From the NCBI GenBank assembly GCA_965249725.1, contig CBDFMQ010000002.1, positions 2,240,001-2,304,000 of the forward strand: a DNA stretch of 64,000 nucleotides. Reading direction: 5' to 3'. Position 1 is the stretch's first letter. Each line of letters begins with the position of its first letter. This DNA is from Longimicrobiales bacterium. GTDB taxonomy: Bacteria; Gemmatimonadota; Gemmatimonadetes; Longimicrobiales; Gaopeijiaceae. Under the pieces are notes generated by a model. That model saw only the letters and a program-made list of their open reading frames with translations, was not told the DNA's origin and ran no database searches. Below are positions 31,987 through 42,235 of the stretch, one piece after another. Position numbers and translations under genes: made by a program.

Positions 31987-32663
31987 CAGACGAGCCTCGC
32001 CTTGACGCGGAACAGATAGCGTCCGATGAGCCACAGCACGGCGCTGGCGATGAAGGTCAACACCACGTAGAGGACCGCCGACATCGAGAAGACCTCGAAG
32101 GAGCGGAAGGTCTCGGCGCTGACGTTGTAGGCCCGGCCCGTGAGCTCCTCGAGGCCGAAGATCGACGCGATGGAGGTCGTCATCGTCAGCAGGATGTACT
32201 GGTTGCTCAGCGGCGGATATAGGACTCTGATGATATGGGGCAGAATGACGTACCACGTCATTTGTGTAACGCTCATGCCGAGCGTTTCCGCCGCTTCGAT
32301 CTCCGCCTTGCGAACGGACTGGAAACCGGCACGCAGGGTTTCCGTCAGGTACCCGCTGACATTGAGCGTCAATCCCAGCAGAACTGCCTGGTAGGAAGAC
32401 AGAAACACACCCATCTCCGGCAGCGCGAAGAACAAGAAAAATATCTGGACCAGGACCGGTGTGTTCATGAAGAAGGCGACGTAGCCGCTCACCACACCGC
32501 GCAACGCTCGGTTCTTGCTATAGGACAGAACGGTCGCATTGATGGTGGCGATGGTTACGCCACCAGCGAAGGCGAGAAACGCCATCTGGAGCGCGAGCCA
32601 AGCTCCCCCGATCAGGTAACCTGTGAAGCCTAGGACCTGCCCCCATTGCAGCGTGTAGGCCAC
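31986..32663 (-). CDS. Amino acid ABC permease
   Basis: NTPVLVQ, ETLRAGFQSV...EAA. Confidence 0.9.
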   Translation of the reverse strand: MAYTLQWGQVLGFTGYLIGGAWLALQMAFLAFAGGVTIATINATVLSYSKNRALRGVVSGYVAFFMNTPVLVQIFFLFFALPEMGVFLSSYQAVLLGLTLNVSGYLTETLRAGFQSVRKAEIEAAETLGMSVTQMTWYVILPHIIRVLYPPLSNQYILLTMTTSIASIFGLEELTGRAYNVSAETFRSFEVFSMSAVLYVVLTFIASAVLWLIGRYLFRVKARLV

Positions 32664-32672
32664 GTCAGTCCA

Positions 32673-33533
32673 CTAGAAGAACGGAGTGATCGGTACGGGG
32701 GTAGCCATCGGCGCGCCGAACCACTCCTGCCAGCGAGTCGTGATGAAGCCGGACTCGTGCATCTCGTAGACGGCGACGTTCAGCCAATCTCGGACCGTGT
32801 CGTTTCCCTTGGCGACCCCGAACCCCGAGTAGTCGGCAGGGCGGAAGTCGGGCGTGGCGAACCAATACCAGTCGACATTCGAGAACGCCCGAGAGAGCCG
32901 GAACTCCAGGGTGTCGATCCCGTCCACCGACGCGTCCGCGCGCCCCTGGGCCAGGGCCCGGTCCCGGTCCGTGTAGTTGTCGAGCAGCAGGAGATTGGCC
33001 TTGGGTAACAGTCGTCTGACGATTTCGACGGTGACCGTCCCCCGTACCTGAACGAGGGTGATACTCTCGTCGTTGAGCTGTTGCCACGTGGTGATGCCCG
33101 TCTCCTCGCGGGTGAGGACACCGTAGCTCGACGTGTGAATCGGAACGCTGAAGTCGATGACCTTGGCCCGTTTGGAGTCCCGCGTCATCGCTCCCATGAC
33201 GGCATCCACCTTTCCCAGGGCGACGAACGGAATGCGGTCCGGTGAGCCGAGGACAACGAGCTCGACCTCGACGCCGAGCATGCGACCGATCTCCGCCGCG
33301 ACGTCAACCTCGAATCCGACGATCTCGTTCTGGTCATCGTACAGGGCGCGCGGCGGGATCTGGGGATTCAAGCCGATCCTGATAGTACCCGCCTTGAGGA
33401 TGTCGTCGAGTGTGCGAGCCCCCGTGCTGTCCGCGGTGCGCTCCGACGCACATCCGCCCGCTCCCACAAGCACGAGAATGCCGAGGATGGACCCTCGGCA
33501 AATGCCTCGTGGGGCAGAATAGCGCGTCTTCAT
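32673..33533 (-). CDS. Amino acid ABC substrate-binding lipoprotein (family 3)
   Basis: Lipobox GGC; GFEVDVA; RAKVIDFS. Confidence 0.9.
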   Translation of the reverse strand: MKTRYSAPRGICRGSILGILVLVGAGGCASERTADSTGARTLDDILKAGTIRIGLNPQIPPRALYDDQNEIVGFEVDVAAEIGRMLGVEVELVVLGSPDRIPFVALGKVDAVMGAMTRDSKRAKVIDFSVPIHTSSYGVLTREETGITTWQQLNDESITLVQVRGTVTVEIVRRLLPKANLLLLDNYTDRDRALAQGRADASVDGIDTLEFRLSRAFSNVDWYWFATPDFRPADYSGFGVAKGNDTVRDWLNVAVYEMHESGFITTRWQEWFGAPMATPVPITPFF

Positions 33534-33778
33534 CCTAGGTCCCTCCGGGACTCGAGAAGTAGAGTCACGGCGATGGTCCCAGGGCCCCAACGTGCGGGGG
33601 GACGGGAGCGGCGCCGTGGGGCCGAACCGTATTGTACCGGTAGGCGCGACACCGGAACAGACGGGAAAACGCGGGTCGCAAGAGACACAAGAGCACGAAG
33701 GGATAGCCGAAACAGAAGCTCTGCTGGCTCGCGCGCTCCGTCCGCGGTCACCATCTTAGCGCATCTATAAGGCGAAGG

Positions 33779-34095
33779 AAGTCAATAGGGCGTAGCCCTC
33801 CCTTACCCGTCCGGGGTCCCGGAGGGGTGGCTCGGTCCACTGGGCTGTAGCTCAAGGCCTGCGTGATCATCTTCTAGTTTTCAAGTTCAGTACCGACGTC
33901 GCGTCCGATCTTGGGCGAGTCTCCTCTCACGAGGGCTCAGGCATCTATTCAGGTTTCGTCCCAGACGTGGGGACGTCCGAAGATCTGCTATGCGAGTGGG
34001 GGGCTCAGTCAGCAGAAGCGGGTCGTCTACTTCGAGCGACATGCGCGGCTTGGAGCTCACCCCTGTCGTGGTACGGTGCATCATGGTGTGTGATC
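33779..34095 (-). ncRNA. Putative bridge/seek RNA region of the IS1111-type element
   Basis: Non-coding region 3' of the transposase with segments matching both halves of the predicted circle junction. Confidence 0.65.
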
Positions 34096-35133
34096 TCAGT
34101 TTAGTTGTGTCACAGGCTCATCGTGCCAGACCTCACCGGTACGCAGCATCGCGTGCACGGCGCGAGCGAGACGACGAGCGGTGGCGACCCGGGCGACTTG
34201 CCAGCCGAGACGCCCTTTGATCTGTTCGTAGGACCGCGATAGCCAGCTGTCGGGCGCGTGCGTGACGTGGCTCACGACGGCCCGAACGAAGGTGCCCCTC
34301 AGCCAGCGGTTCGCACCGGCGGGGATCGATCCGTGGCGAATGGGCCGGAGCCCTGACTGTGAAGAGCGTGGAGCGAGACCGGCGTAGCTGACCAGGTGGC
34401 CCGGAGTCCGGAATCGTGTGATGGGCAGTGTCTCTGTCGCGATGAGCAATGCCCGGTAGGGACCGATGCCGGGCACCGTCTCGAGCAGCGCCACGGCCGG
34501 GATCTTTTGGCCCATGTGCCCGACCCTGCGATCGAGCGTTCGGATCATCGGTACGATCTGGTCAATGAGGGCCCACTGCATGTCGATGAACAGACGCCGC
34601 TCGGCTCCGAGCAGGGGCCACGCCACGTCGCGCACCCACTGGCGTCCGTTCTGGGTGAGCAAGCGCCCACGCTCCAGATGAAGCCCGACGTTGTGGATCT
34701 GGGCGTGGATGCGGTTCACCATCCGGGTACGTTCCCTCACGAGTCTTGCCCGGTTGCGCAGAAGCACCGCTTGCTCCCGCTGCTCGATGCACTTCGGATG
34801 GACCTCGGGGATGAGGCCTGCCAGCCGCATACGCGCCAACAACTCGGCGTCGATGTCGTCACTCTTGTAGTTGGACTCGGCGATGACGCGGAGCCGCTTG
34901 GCGTGGGCGAGCACGAAGCGGATTCCATTGCCCTGGAGTTGATCGAAGAGCCACGGCCAGGCCGGACTCGTCTCGACGACCACCTCGAGGGGGCGATACT
35001 GCTCGAACAGTTCATCGAGTCGATCCGCTTCCTTGTTATTGATGCGAGCGGGTCCGTGCACGAGCTGACCTTTGTTGCTTACGATAGCGATCACTGAATA
35101 CGTTGCGTGAGCATCAATCCCTGCGACAAACAT
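34096..35133 (-). CDS. IS110-family transposase (DEDD recombinase)
   Basis: MFVAGIDAH, VVVET, KSDDIDA, TVPGIG, YAGLAPRSSQSG; AGGAGG RBS. Confidence 0.95.
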   Translation of the reverse strand: MFVAGIDAHATYSVIAIVSNKGQLVHGPARINNKEADRLDELFEQYRPLEVVVETSPAWPWLFDQLQGNGIRFVLAHAKRLRVIAESNYKSDDIDAELLARMRLAGLIPEVHPKCIEQREQAVLLRNRARLVRERTRMVNRIHAQIHNVGLHLERGRLLTQNGRQWVRDVAWPLLGAERRLFIDMQWALIDQIVPMIRTLDRRVGHMGQKIPAVALLETVPGIGPYRALLIATETLPITRFRTPGHLVSYAGLAPRSSQSGLRPIRHGSIPAGANRWLRGTFVRAVVSHVTHAPDSWLSRSYEQIKGRLGWQVARVATARRLARAVHAMLRTGEVWHDEPVTQLN

Positions 35134-35346
35134 GGCTGGCCTCCTTGGGTTGGGTGCCGCAGGCCTTTGAGCAAGTTCAGCGTAACGCCCCGCTCGAGTG
35201 AGGTCAGCCTTCGCCTTATAAGATCGCGCAGAGCCGCGGCGCCGTACTGATTTCGAGGGGCGGTTTGCTCCACGCCGAGACCACCGAACGCAGCGAGGTG
35301 CATCGCGATCGGTTAAGTACCCTGTCACCGAGACTGAGGTTGTAGC

Positions 35347-36291
35347 GTGAGCCAGCCCAAAAGAGGCCACGACCCCATGTCTGCGCCGCGGTACATGGAC
35401 ATCGCCACGTTCATGCGGACACCGCTGATCGATGATCCGGCCGACTTTGACATCGCTTTGGTCGGAGTCCCTTACGATGGAGCCGTGACGAACCGAGCGG
35501 GTGCACGACACGGTCCCCGCGAGGTCCGAAACGCATCGAGCATGATGCGTTCCATTCATCCGACCACTCGTGAGAGTCCGTACGATGTGTGTCGAGTAGG
35601 CGACGGTGGAGACGTTCCGTTTACACGTCTGTACGACCCCGAGTTGGCACACGACGATATCGAGAAGTTCATCTCCGGCTTCAGTGCCGCTGGTGCCGCG
35701 ACGGTGGCCATCGGCGGCGACCACTCCGTCACACTCCCGATCCTCAGAGGACTGGGCTCCAGTGAGCCGGTGGGCCTGATCCACGTCGACGCACACACGG
35801 ACACGTGGGACGAGTTCATGGGGTCGCGATACAATCACGGCGCTCCCTTCCGTCGATCCGTCGAAGAGGGATTGATCGACCCATCGCGCACCATACAGAT
35901 CGGAATCCGCGGTGCCCAAAACTCTACGGAGGGGTGGGACTATTCGGCCGAGAGCGGGATGCGCGTGGTTTTCATGGATGAGGTGTCTCGGGTGGGGGTT
36001 GAAGAGGTCGCACGGGAGGCGATGGAAATCGTCGGCGACGGGCCCACCTACCTGTCGTTCGACATCGACAGCGTCGATCCTGCGTTTGCGCCAGGGACGG
36101 GCACACCGGAGGTGGGGGGACTCACTTCGGTCGAGAGTCTCACGCTTCTCCGTTCGCTTCGAGGCGTATCGTTGATTGGAGCGGACGTCGTTGAGGTGGC
36201 CCCCCCGTTCGACCCGACCGGGAACACCTCATTGTTGGCCGCTACGATCATGTACGAACTGCTTTGCCTCTTGGCGGACTCTCGTCGTTAG
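35347..36291 (+). CDS. speB: Agmatinase/ureohydrolase
   Basis: GGDHS, DAHTD, SFDIDSVDP, APGTGTPEVGG. Confidence 0.9.
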   Translation: MSQPKRGHDPMSAPRYMDIATFMRTPLIDDPADFDIALVGVPYDGAVTNRAGARHGPREVRNASSMMRSIHPTTRESPYDVCRVGDGGDVPFTRLYDPELAHDDIEKFISGFSAAGAATVAIGGDHSVTLPILRGLGSSEPVGLIHVDAHTDTWDEFMGSRYNHGAPFRRSVEEGLIDPSRTIQIGIRGAQNSTEGWDYSAESGMRVVFMDEVSRVGVEEVAREAMEIVGDGPTYLSFDIDSVDPAFAPGTGTPEVGGLTSVESLTLLRSLRGVSLIGADVVEVAPPFDPTGNTSLLAATIMYELLCLLADSRR

Positions 36292-36342
36292 CGGGCTTGG
36301 ACGTTCGGCTACAGAACAGGAACTATCGCTCGACCATCAGTC

Positions 36343-36600
36343 CTAGTCGTCCCTGATGAGAACATTGAGTGACGACGCGAAGAAGGGCGGCTTGGGGCGC
36401 TCGTCCAGGTGCAGTTCCAGTAGGCGGCCACCACCGGTCACTCGGCCTAGAACTCGAATGACCTCGGCCTCGCCCTCGGTGGTTTGGACCCGCTCACCGA
36501 CCTGCGGCACGTAGTCAGACCTCGCTTGAAATCCCGGGTAATCGGCTGAAGTGACGCGGAGGCTTTCCAACCGCACACGCGATGTATTCGGAGAAATCAT
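36343..36600 (-). CDS. Small hypothetical protein
   Basis: 85-aa ORF downstream of the csp gene. Confidence 0.55.
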   Translation of the reverse strand: MISPNTSRVRLESLRVTSADYPGFQARSDYVPQVGERVQTTEGEAEVIRVLGRVTGGGRLLELHLDERPKPPFFASSLNVLIRDD

Positions 36601-36664
36601 GGTTCCTCACTCTGATGTGGGGCGGGTCGCTCCGCCGTGTCGCCGCGGCGTGGGCTCCACACCG

Positions 36665-36703
36665 AAAAGAAGCGGGGCCGCCCCGACACTCGGAACGGCC
36701 CCA
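36665..36703 (-). terminator. Rho-independent terminator of the cold-shock gene
   Basis: GGGGCCG...CGGCCCC stem followed by GCTTCTTTT. Confidence 0.7.
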
Positions 36704-36733
36704 GATCTGGATCAGATCCAACTCATCGAGCGG

Positions 36734-36940
36734 TTAGCTTGCGACGACGTTCTCAGCTGCGGGGCCCTTGGCCCCCTCAACGATATCGAACTCAACCTGA
36801 GCTCCCTCGGCGAGGGTTTTGAAACCCTCCGCCTGGATCGCGCTGTGATGGACGAAGCAGTCCTTGCTGCCGTCCGCAGGTGTGATGAAGCCGAAGCCCT
36901 TTTGGTCGTTGAACCACTTCACAGTTCCGTTGGTACGCAT
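36734..36940 (-). CDS. cspA: Cold-shock protein (CspA family)
   Basis: [23 protein letters not shown]. Confidence 0.95.
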   Translation of the reverse strand: MRTNGTVKWFNDQKGFGFITPADGSKDCFVHHSAIQAEGFKTLAEGAQVEFDIVEGAKGPAAENVVAS

Positions 36941-37393
36941 CGTTGCGCTCCTCGGTTTTTGCCTGTCGGGGGTCACGTGATACGCACTTGCCGACCTGCT
37001 GGTAGTTGCGCGGATCAGCCGCGCGTCATCGTGACCGAATGGGCCACAATAGAAAGAGGGCGGGTGTCTCCAAGAACGAGACCCTCGCCCTCATCAATCT
37101 TGGTACACTCCGACCGGGAGTGACTATGAAGCCTCGCGGCAATCAAACACGCCGTCAACAGTTCTCCACGAATCCGCCCGGTCGTCATGCACCTAAACAG
37201 CTTGGTTCTCCCCCTCCACCACTCCCTCGCCTCCAATGAAGTAACGGGCGGAGGTGGCCGCCAAACCGGACAACGTTCCGTTCGAGGTGTGGCTGCCTTG
37301 GGCGCGGATACTGTAATCCAAACTCGCGCGCCTCGCCCGCAGTCACCATCTTAGCCACGGGCAGAATCGCATCTCCGTTAGGACGCTAGGTGA

Positions 37394-38875
37394 ATGAAGT
37401 CCTTTGCCGCACTACTGTTGGCGACACCCGCCATCATCGTTTCACACTCCGGAGGCGCGGATAGCGGTGCCCCGCCGCCCCAGCTGCCCGAAGTCGTGGT
37501 CAACAGCGACTACTACGACGGAGGATCACCGTCCTCGGCACGAGTCGAGTTGGGACGTATGCTCTTCTTCGACAAAATCCTTAGCGGGAACCGCAACATC
37601 GCCTGCGCCACGTGCCACCACCCCGACCTGGGCACGACGGACGGGCTGGCCCTCGGACTGGGTGAAGGCCCACACGGGCTGGGACCCGAGCGCCGGGTGG
37701 GATCGACCAAGGCCGCAGGGGTCCACGGTCGGGTGCCGAGAAACGCTCCGGCCCTGTTCAACCTCGGTGCGAAGGAGTTCATCAGGGTGTTCCATGACGG
37801 ACGGGTCGAGACGGACCCGGACGGGCTCTACGAGGGTGGGTTCGTCACTCCTGCCAGGTGGAGGCTGCCCAAGGGGCTCGACAACGTCTTGGCGGCACAG
37901 GCCATGTTCCCCGTAGGTGCATCCGTCGAGATGGCAGGCCAGAAGGGTGAGAACTCCATCGCAGACGCCGTATCGCTGAAGAGCGTGGCGGGCCATGGCG
38001 GTGTTTGGGAGCTGCTCGGGGAGCGATTGCAGGGTATCCCGGAGTACGTCGAACTCTTCAAGAGTGCGTTTCCTGAGCGGGTAACCAGTGCCGCAGATGT
38101 CAATTACGTAATGGCTGCCAACGCTATCGCAGCTTTCGAGACCAGTGCGTTCCGAGCCGACCGCAGTCCGTTCGACCGCTACCAGAGGGGCCAAGCAGAC
38201 GCTCTGAGCGCGAAAGCGGAGCGCGGGGCCGACCTCTTCTACGGAAGTGCCGGCTGCAGCAGCTGCCACTCAGGCAAGTTCCAGACCGATCACGACTTTC
38301 ACGCCATCGGCATGCCCCAGATCGGACCCGGCAGGTCCGACAGTGGCGACACCGACTACTGGGCGGTGACGGGGGAGAAGGCGTTCCCAGAGGACCTGGG
38401 GAGGGGGGAAGTCACTGGGTGGCCAGAGGACGACTTCAAGTTTCGCACGCCGTCTCTGCGCAATGTCGCCGTCACCGGCCCTTGGGGTCACGACGGGGCG
38501 TACCAGACATTGGAGGACGTTGTGCGGCACCACGCCGATCCCCTAGCGGCGCTGGAGGACTACCGGCTCGACCCGAGTCTGCTCCCTCCGTTGGATGGGG
38601 TCCTCGAGCTCACGACAATGGCCTCGGGGCTGAGCGAAGACTGGCTCAATGAGCATCGACTCCGGGCGTTCTTGATGCGTGACGATTGGGTCCAGACCCG
38701 GACCGCGCTACGCGGACGTATCGCGGCCGCCAACGAACTGGTCCCACTCTCGCTTTCCGATCAGGACATCGACGATATCGTGGCCTTCCTCGAGAGCCTC
38801 ACTGACCCTTCTTCGCAGAGCCTCGCACACCTGATCCCCCAGCGCGTTCCCAGCGGTCTTCTGGTAGCCAACTGA
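37394..38875 (+). CDS. Di-haem cytochrome c peroxidase (MauG-like)
   Basis: CATCH and CSSCH; FRTPSLRNVAVTGPWGHDG. Confidence 0.9.
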   Translation: MKSFAALLLATPAIIVSHSGGADSGAPPPQLPEVVVNSDYYDGGSPSSARVELGRMLFFDKILSGNRNIACATCHHPDLGTTDGLALGLGEGPHGLGPERRVGSTKAAGVHGRVPRNAPALFNLGAKEFIRVFHDGRVETDPDGLYEGGFVTPARWRLPKGLDNVLAAQAMFPVGASVEMAGQKGENSIADAVSLKSVAGHGGVWELLGERLQGIPEYVELFKSAFPERVTSAADVNYVMAANAIAAFETSAFRADRSPFDRYQRGQADALSAKAERGADLFYGSAGCSSCHSGKFQTDHDFHAIGMPQIGPGRSDSGDTDYWAVTGEKAFPEDLGRGEVTGWPEDDFKFRTPSLRNVAVTGPWGHDGAYQTLEDVVRHHADPLAALEDYRLDPSLLPPLDGVLELTTMASGLSEDWLNEHRLRAFLMRDDWVQTRTALRGRIAAANELVPLSLSDQDIDDIVAFLESLTDPSSQSLAHLIPQRVPSGLLVAN

Positions 38876-38896
38876 GGCTCGCGGGTGATCCGGGCC

Positions 38897-38918
38897 AATG
38901 GGCACAAGAATGGGCACA
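38897..38918. repeat. Direct repeat AATGGGCACA x2, possible integrase arm-type sites
   Basis: Copies at 38897-38906 and 38909-38918. Confidence 0.45.
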
Positions 38919-38993
38919 CAAGGACCCCCGGATCATGTGTCAGGTGTGCACCAATTGAGCGCAGTCCGATGGCAGTGCCGCCGTCTGAGTCGT

Positions 38994-39407
38994 TTACGCA
39001 CGTGTTGACCCGATCTCCGCACTTATCCTGGCGATGATCTCGGTCGTGGAAATCCCCGGCGTGTAGCCCACCGAGCGGTAAATGCCCATCTCGATCGGAA
39101 TCTTGTAGCAGAGCTCTTCCATCTCACTGGAAAAGTCATCTCCGTGCACGATCAGGTCGATATTGTGCTGTTCGATCCAGGCACCGTCGATCGTGAGTGG
39201 TGCGTTGGATACTACTTCATCGACGTAGCGACAGCCCTCGACCGAAGCCACGCGCTCCGCCATGGACAATATCGGGCGGCTCTTGTAGCTCATCACCGTT
39301 TCATCGGCGTGAACACCCACCAACAGGTAGTCACCGTGTCTTCTGGCCTGTCGGAGGAAGTTCACGTGACCGTAATGGAACAGATCGGCCACCATATCGA
39401 CGTACAC
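38994..39407 (-). CDS. Cytidylyltransferase (TagD/CCT-like)
   Basis: DLFHYGH (HxGH), HGDD, YTPGISTT. Confidence 0.9.
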   Translation of the reverse strand: MYVDMVADLFHYGHVNFLRQARRHGDYLLVGVHADETVMSYKSRPILSMAERVASVEGCRYVDEVVSNAPLTIDGAWIEQHNIDLIVHGDDFSSEMEELCYKIPIEMGIYRSVGYTPGISTTEIIARISAEIGSTRA

Positions 39408-39464
39408 GCGTGTGATTTCAGGTTCTCCTGGTCTAGGTCTATGCGTTATTGATCGAAGCCATTG

Positions 39465-40361
39465 TCAGACCTGTTCAGCAATCAGGGCGTCCGCTCTGCC
39501 CGAGGGATTCTGGGGATCCGGTTTGTAGACGTAGTCAACACCAGGTGTGAGGTATTCGACATAGAGGATCTCCTTATGGTCTCCATATTGGACGGCGACC
39601 ACGTATCCAGCTTCCCCCGGCAGGCTGAAGTAGACATAGCCATGTGTATTGGTTCTTGACCTGTCCAGCCCTGTCAGAACAGTCGTGGCGGCTAACGAGA
39701 CCTCGGCCCCCTCAACCGGACGACCCTCGAGATCGAGGACCCTCAGACTGCCGTTGTGCCGTTGAGGTTCAAGTTTGTTAGCCAGGCCCATGATCCCATC
39801 GGAGGCAGTGGGAAGAGCGTTCTTGGCCATAAGATCTAGGACTTCCTGTTCGAACCCGCCCGCTCTCTTTGGGATCATCCATTCCGGACCGTACTTGAGC
39901 CGAAGGTATTCTTCGGGCGGATTCGGTACCAAGAATTTCTCGCCAAGGAAATCGATCTCTTTCAGGTCCGTGTGAAGGCTCACCGGGATTTGAACGACCG
40001 GCCACTGGTAGATGCTGTCGTCAATGATTCGATAGCAGGACCAGTCCATCTTGGTGCCGGATTTCTCCAGATCAACGCTCAGACTGAGTTCATTCTCTTG
40101 GATTTTCGCATCGAACCCGTGCTCCTTGAACACGTCCGCTGCACTACGTACAAGTTCTTCGGTGAGCCCGTGCAGGCCGATCACCGAACCGATGTCCAGG
40201 TCATCGTCCCATTCGATGAAGGCGCGATCCCTCACAGCGCCCAAACACGTGCCGTGGCGCAAGAAGAAGACCAGTCCGAGTCGATCCAGGATCTGTTTCG
40301 CTTCTTTCAGCAGCGCTTCGGCATTGGTCTTGTCCATTGGCTCGAGAACGGTGGGCTTCAT
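39465..40361 (-). CDS. LicD-family phosphotransferase
   Basis: GTCLGAVR...FIEWDDDLDIG; YLRLKYGPEW. Confidence 0.9.
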   Translation of the reverse strand: MKPTVLEPMDKTNAEALLKEAKQILDRLGLVFFLRHGTCLGAVRDRAFIEWDDDLDIGSVIGLHGLTEELVRSAADVFKEHGFDAKIQENELSLSVDLEKSGTKMDWSCYRIIDDSIYQWPVVQIPVSLHTDLKEIDFLGEKFLVPNPPEEYLRLKYGPEWMIPKRAGGFEQEVLDLMAKNALPTASDGIMGLANKLEPQRHNGSLRVLDLEGRPVEGAEVSLAATTVLTGLDRSRTNTHGYVYFSLPGEAGYVVAVQYGDHKEILYVEYLTPGVDYVYKPDPQNPSGRADALIAEQV

Positions 40362-40573
40362 GGTCGTGGATAAGCTCCTGTGTGGTTGTCTTGCGTGTAT
40401 ACACTGCAACTCATCCGGCGCTTCGGCGGCTGCCGACTCCTTCCTCCGACAGCGTTCTCCCCGTGGGAGGCACGCGAACCCCCCGATAGCGAACCGGCCC
40501 GCAAGGCCGGCGAACCTGAGTGGCATATCCAACGGATATGTCTACGAGGGTTCGATGTAGATCACAGGCGAGA

Positions 40574-40593
40574 GCTTGAGTCAGGCGTTACGT
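40574..40593 (-). repeat. Truncated attC-like half site (family A), array end
   Basis: gcttgagtcaggcgtta identical to the end of the 44727-44868 element. Confidence 0.75.
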
Positions 40594-40683
40594 GACGTGA
40601 GTGCGGTCAAGGTACCGCGTCGGGGGCTCAGAGAACCGCGAGCAATCCGTCCAGAGACTCCGCCAGACTGCAGCAATCGCTTC

Positions 40684-41655
40684 TTAGCCGGCCACCTCCC
40701 CTGCGGCGCGGGAATCAACCTCTATTAGGCCAGGTCGCGGATCTCGACGGACTCGCAACTCGAAGACGTCAGGGCGCGAATAGTGCCCCGCTATGTCCAA
40801 CTGCCAGCGAGGTCCGACAAGTTGATCCGGTTCTATATCCGCGTAGAGAATGCCTTCTTCCCCCTCCAGCGGTCCCGCAACGACCTTGCCGTCTGGATCG
40901 ACGATCAGACTGAGGCCTGGATTCAGCCAGCCCTCCAACTCAGCCAAGTACTCGTCCTTGAACGCCAGGTGATCCGGCACATCGTCTTTGTGGAAGGCCT
41001 GGCACGCCGCGATCACGAAGCAGCGCCCTTCTTTCGCCACGTGCCGCATGGTCGAGATCCACGGCTCTCCGCGGTCCCATGTTGGAGCCACGTGAACCTG
41101 CTCTCCCCACGCCGTGAGTGCGTAGCGAGCCAGCGGCATGTAGTTCTCCCAGCACAGGAGTCCGCTGAGGCGTCCGAATGGGAGATCGAACACTTCGAGG
41201 TCACTGCCTGCGGCCTGCCCCCACACTAGCCGCTCACCAGCGGTCGGGATCAGTTTCCGGTGCTTTCCGAGCACGCGTCCGTCCTGGCCCAGGTAGAGCA
41301 GCGTGTTGTAGAGCGTTGAGTCGCTGGCCTCTGAGTTCCTCTCGTTCACCCCAATCGCAACGGTGACACCGCAATCACCGGCGGCGTCAGCCAAAAGGCT
41401 CACCTCGGGCCCAGGAATGGAAACGGAATTGCCGTGGAGCTGAGCGTAGAGCTCCCGGAGGGGGTGCGTCTTTCCCGGCGGGATGAACCAGACCCACAGT
41501 GGATAACCGGGCACGAACGCCTCTGGGAACGCGACGAGCGTAGCCCCCGCGTTTGCGGCGGCCTCGATCAGTTGGCACGCCTTCGCAATCGTGGCGTCCA
41601 AGTCTAAGAACACAGGGGCGGCTTGGACCGCCGAGATTCTGAAGGGTTCCGACAC
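40684..41655 (-). CDS. Nitrilase (cassette)
   Basis: FPEAFVPGYP, HRKLIPT, CWENYMP (E-K-C triad). Confidence 0.95.
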   Translation of the reverse strand: MSEPFRISAVQAAPVFLDLDATIAKACQLIEAAANAGATLVAFPEAFVPGYPLWVWFIPPGKTHPLRELYAQLHGNSVSIPGPEVSLLADAAGDCGVTVAIGVNERNSEASDSTLYNTLLYLGQDGRVLGKHRKLIPTAGERLVWGQAAGSDLEVFDLPFGRLSGLLCWENYMPLARYALTAWGEQVHVAPTWDRGEPWISTMRHVAKEGRCFVIAACQAFHKDDVPDHLAFKDEYLAELEGWLNPGLSLIVDPDGKVVAGPLEGEEGILYADIEPDQLVGPRWQLDIAGHYSRPDVFELRVRRDPRPGLIEVDSRAAGEVAG

Positions 41656-41718
41656 CGTCCTGGGTCTCCTTCTTCAAGGGTCCGTCCAATCTGTGATTGT
41701 ACTTCGAAAACTCATGTC

Positions 41719-41861
41719 CGATAACGGGCTCACGGACTCAAGACGCGGAGGTGGCGAAGCCACCGGAGTGTCCGCGAAGCGGCCGGCCCGTTGCTCACGT
41801 TAGAGCTTCGCGCTCCAGAGCGACAGCGGACCCAGGGCCATGCGTGAGTCTGGCGTTATCG
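41719..41861 (-). repeat. attC-like element, family A
   Basis: CGATAACGGGCTCACGGACTCA...TGAGTCTGGCGTTATCG. Confidence 0.85.
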
Positions 41862-42004
41862 GGCGTGAGTGCGGTCGCACCATCACGATCGCGCCAGTGC
41901 GATGCACTCCACCTTGCGCCGACGCCGGTTGAGAGTAGCCCTTCCCCCAGGCCCTCTGATCCGTTATACGTACATTTGGATATCACTCATACGTAGGGGG
42001 ACCT

Positions 42005-42235
42005 GTGGCCAAGACCAAACTCACGTTGTCGGTCGATAAGGCTTTGGTGGTGAAGGCGAAGCAGTTCTCGCAGAGGAACGAGACAACGGTCTCGGAGTTG
42101 GTATCACAGTTTCTGGCGTCGTTGGACGATGACCGTGGGATAGCGGCACCCATTACCTCACGCCTTCGTGGCATATTGCCTTCTAGCGTCGAACGCGAGG
42201 GATACCGCGAACATCTCGAGGAGAAGCACGGGTGA
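42005..42235 (+). CDS. DUF6364-like antitoxin
   Basis: KTKLTLSVD...ITSRLRGIL; overlaps PIN gene. Confidence 0.85.
   Translation: MAKTKLTLSVDKALVVKAKQFSQRNETTVSELVSQFLASLDDDRGIAAPITSRLRGILPSSVEREGYREHLEEKHG

Larger units (their letters stand above)
33763..35227 (-). mobile_element. IS110-family, IS1111-type insertion sequence
   Basis: 13-bp sub-terminal inverted repeats TATAAGGCGAAGG (33766-33778) and CCTTCGCCTTATA (35208-35220) around an intact transposase, with a long downstream non-coding region. Confidence 0.9.

Noticed and set aside
34096..35919. 607-aa transposase fusion in the ORF track
   Set aside because: The extension is antisense to agmatinase and crosses the IS end; the true start is 35133
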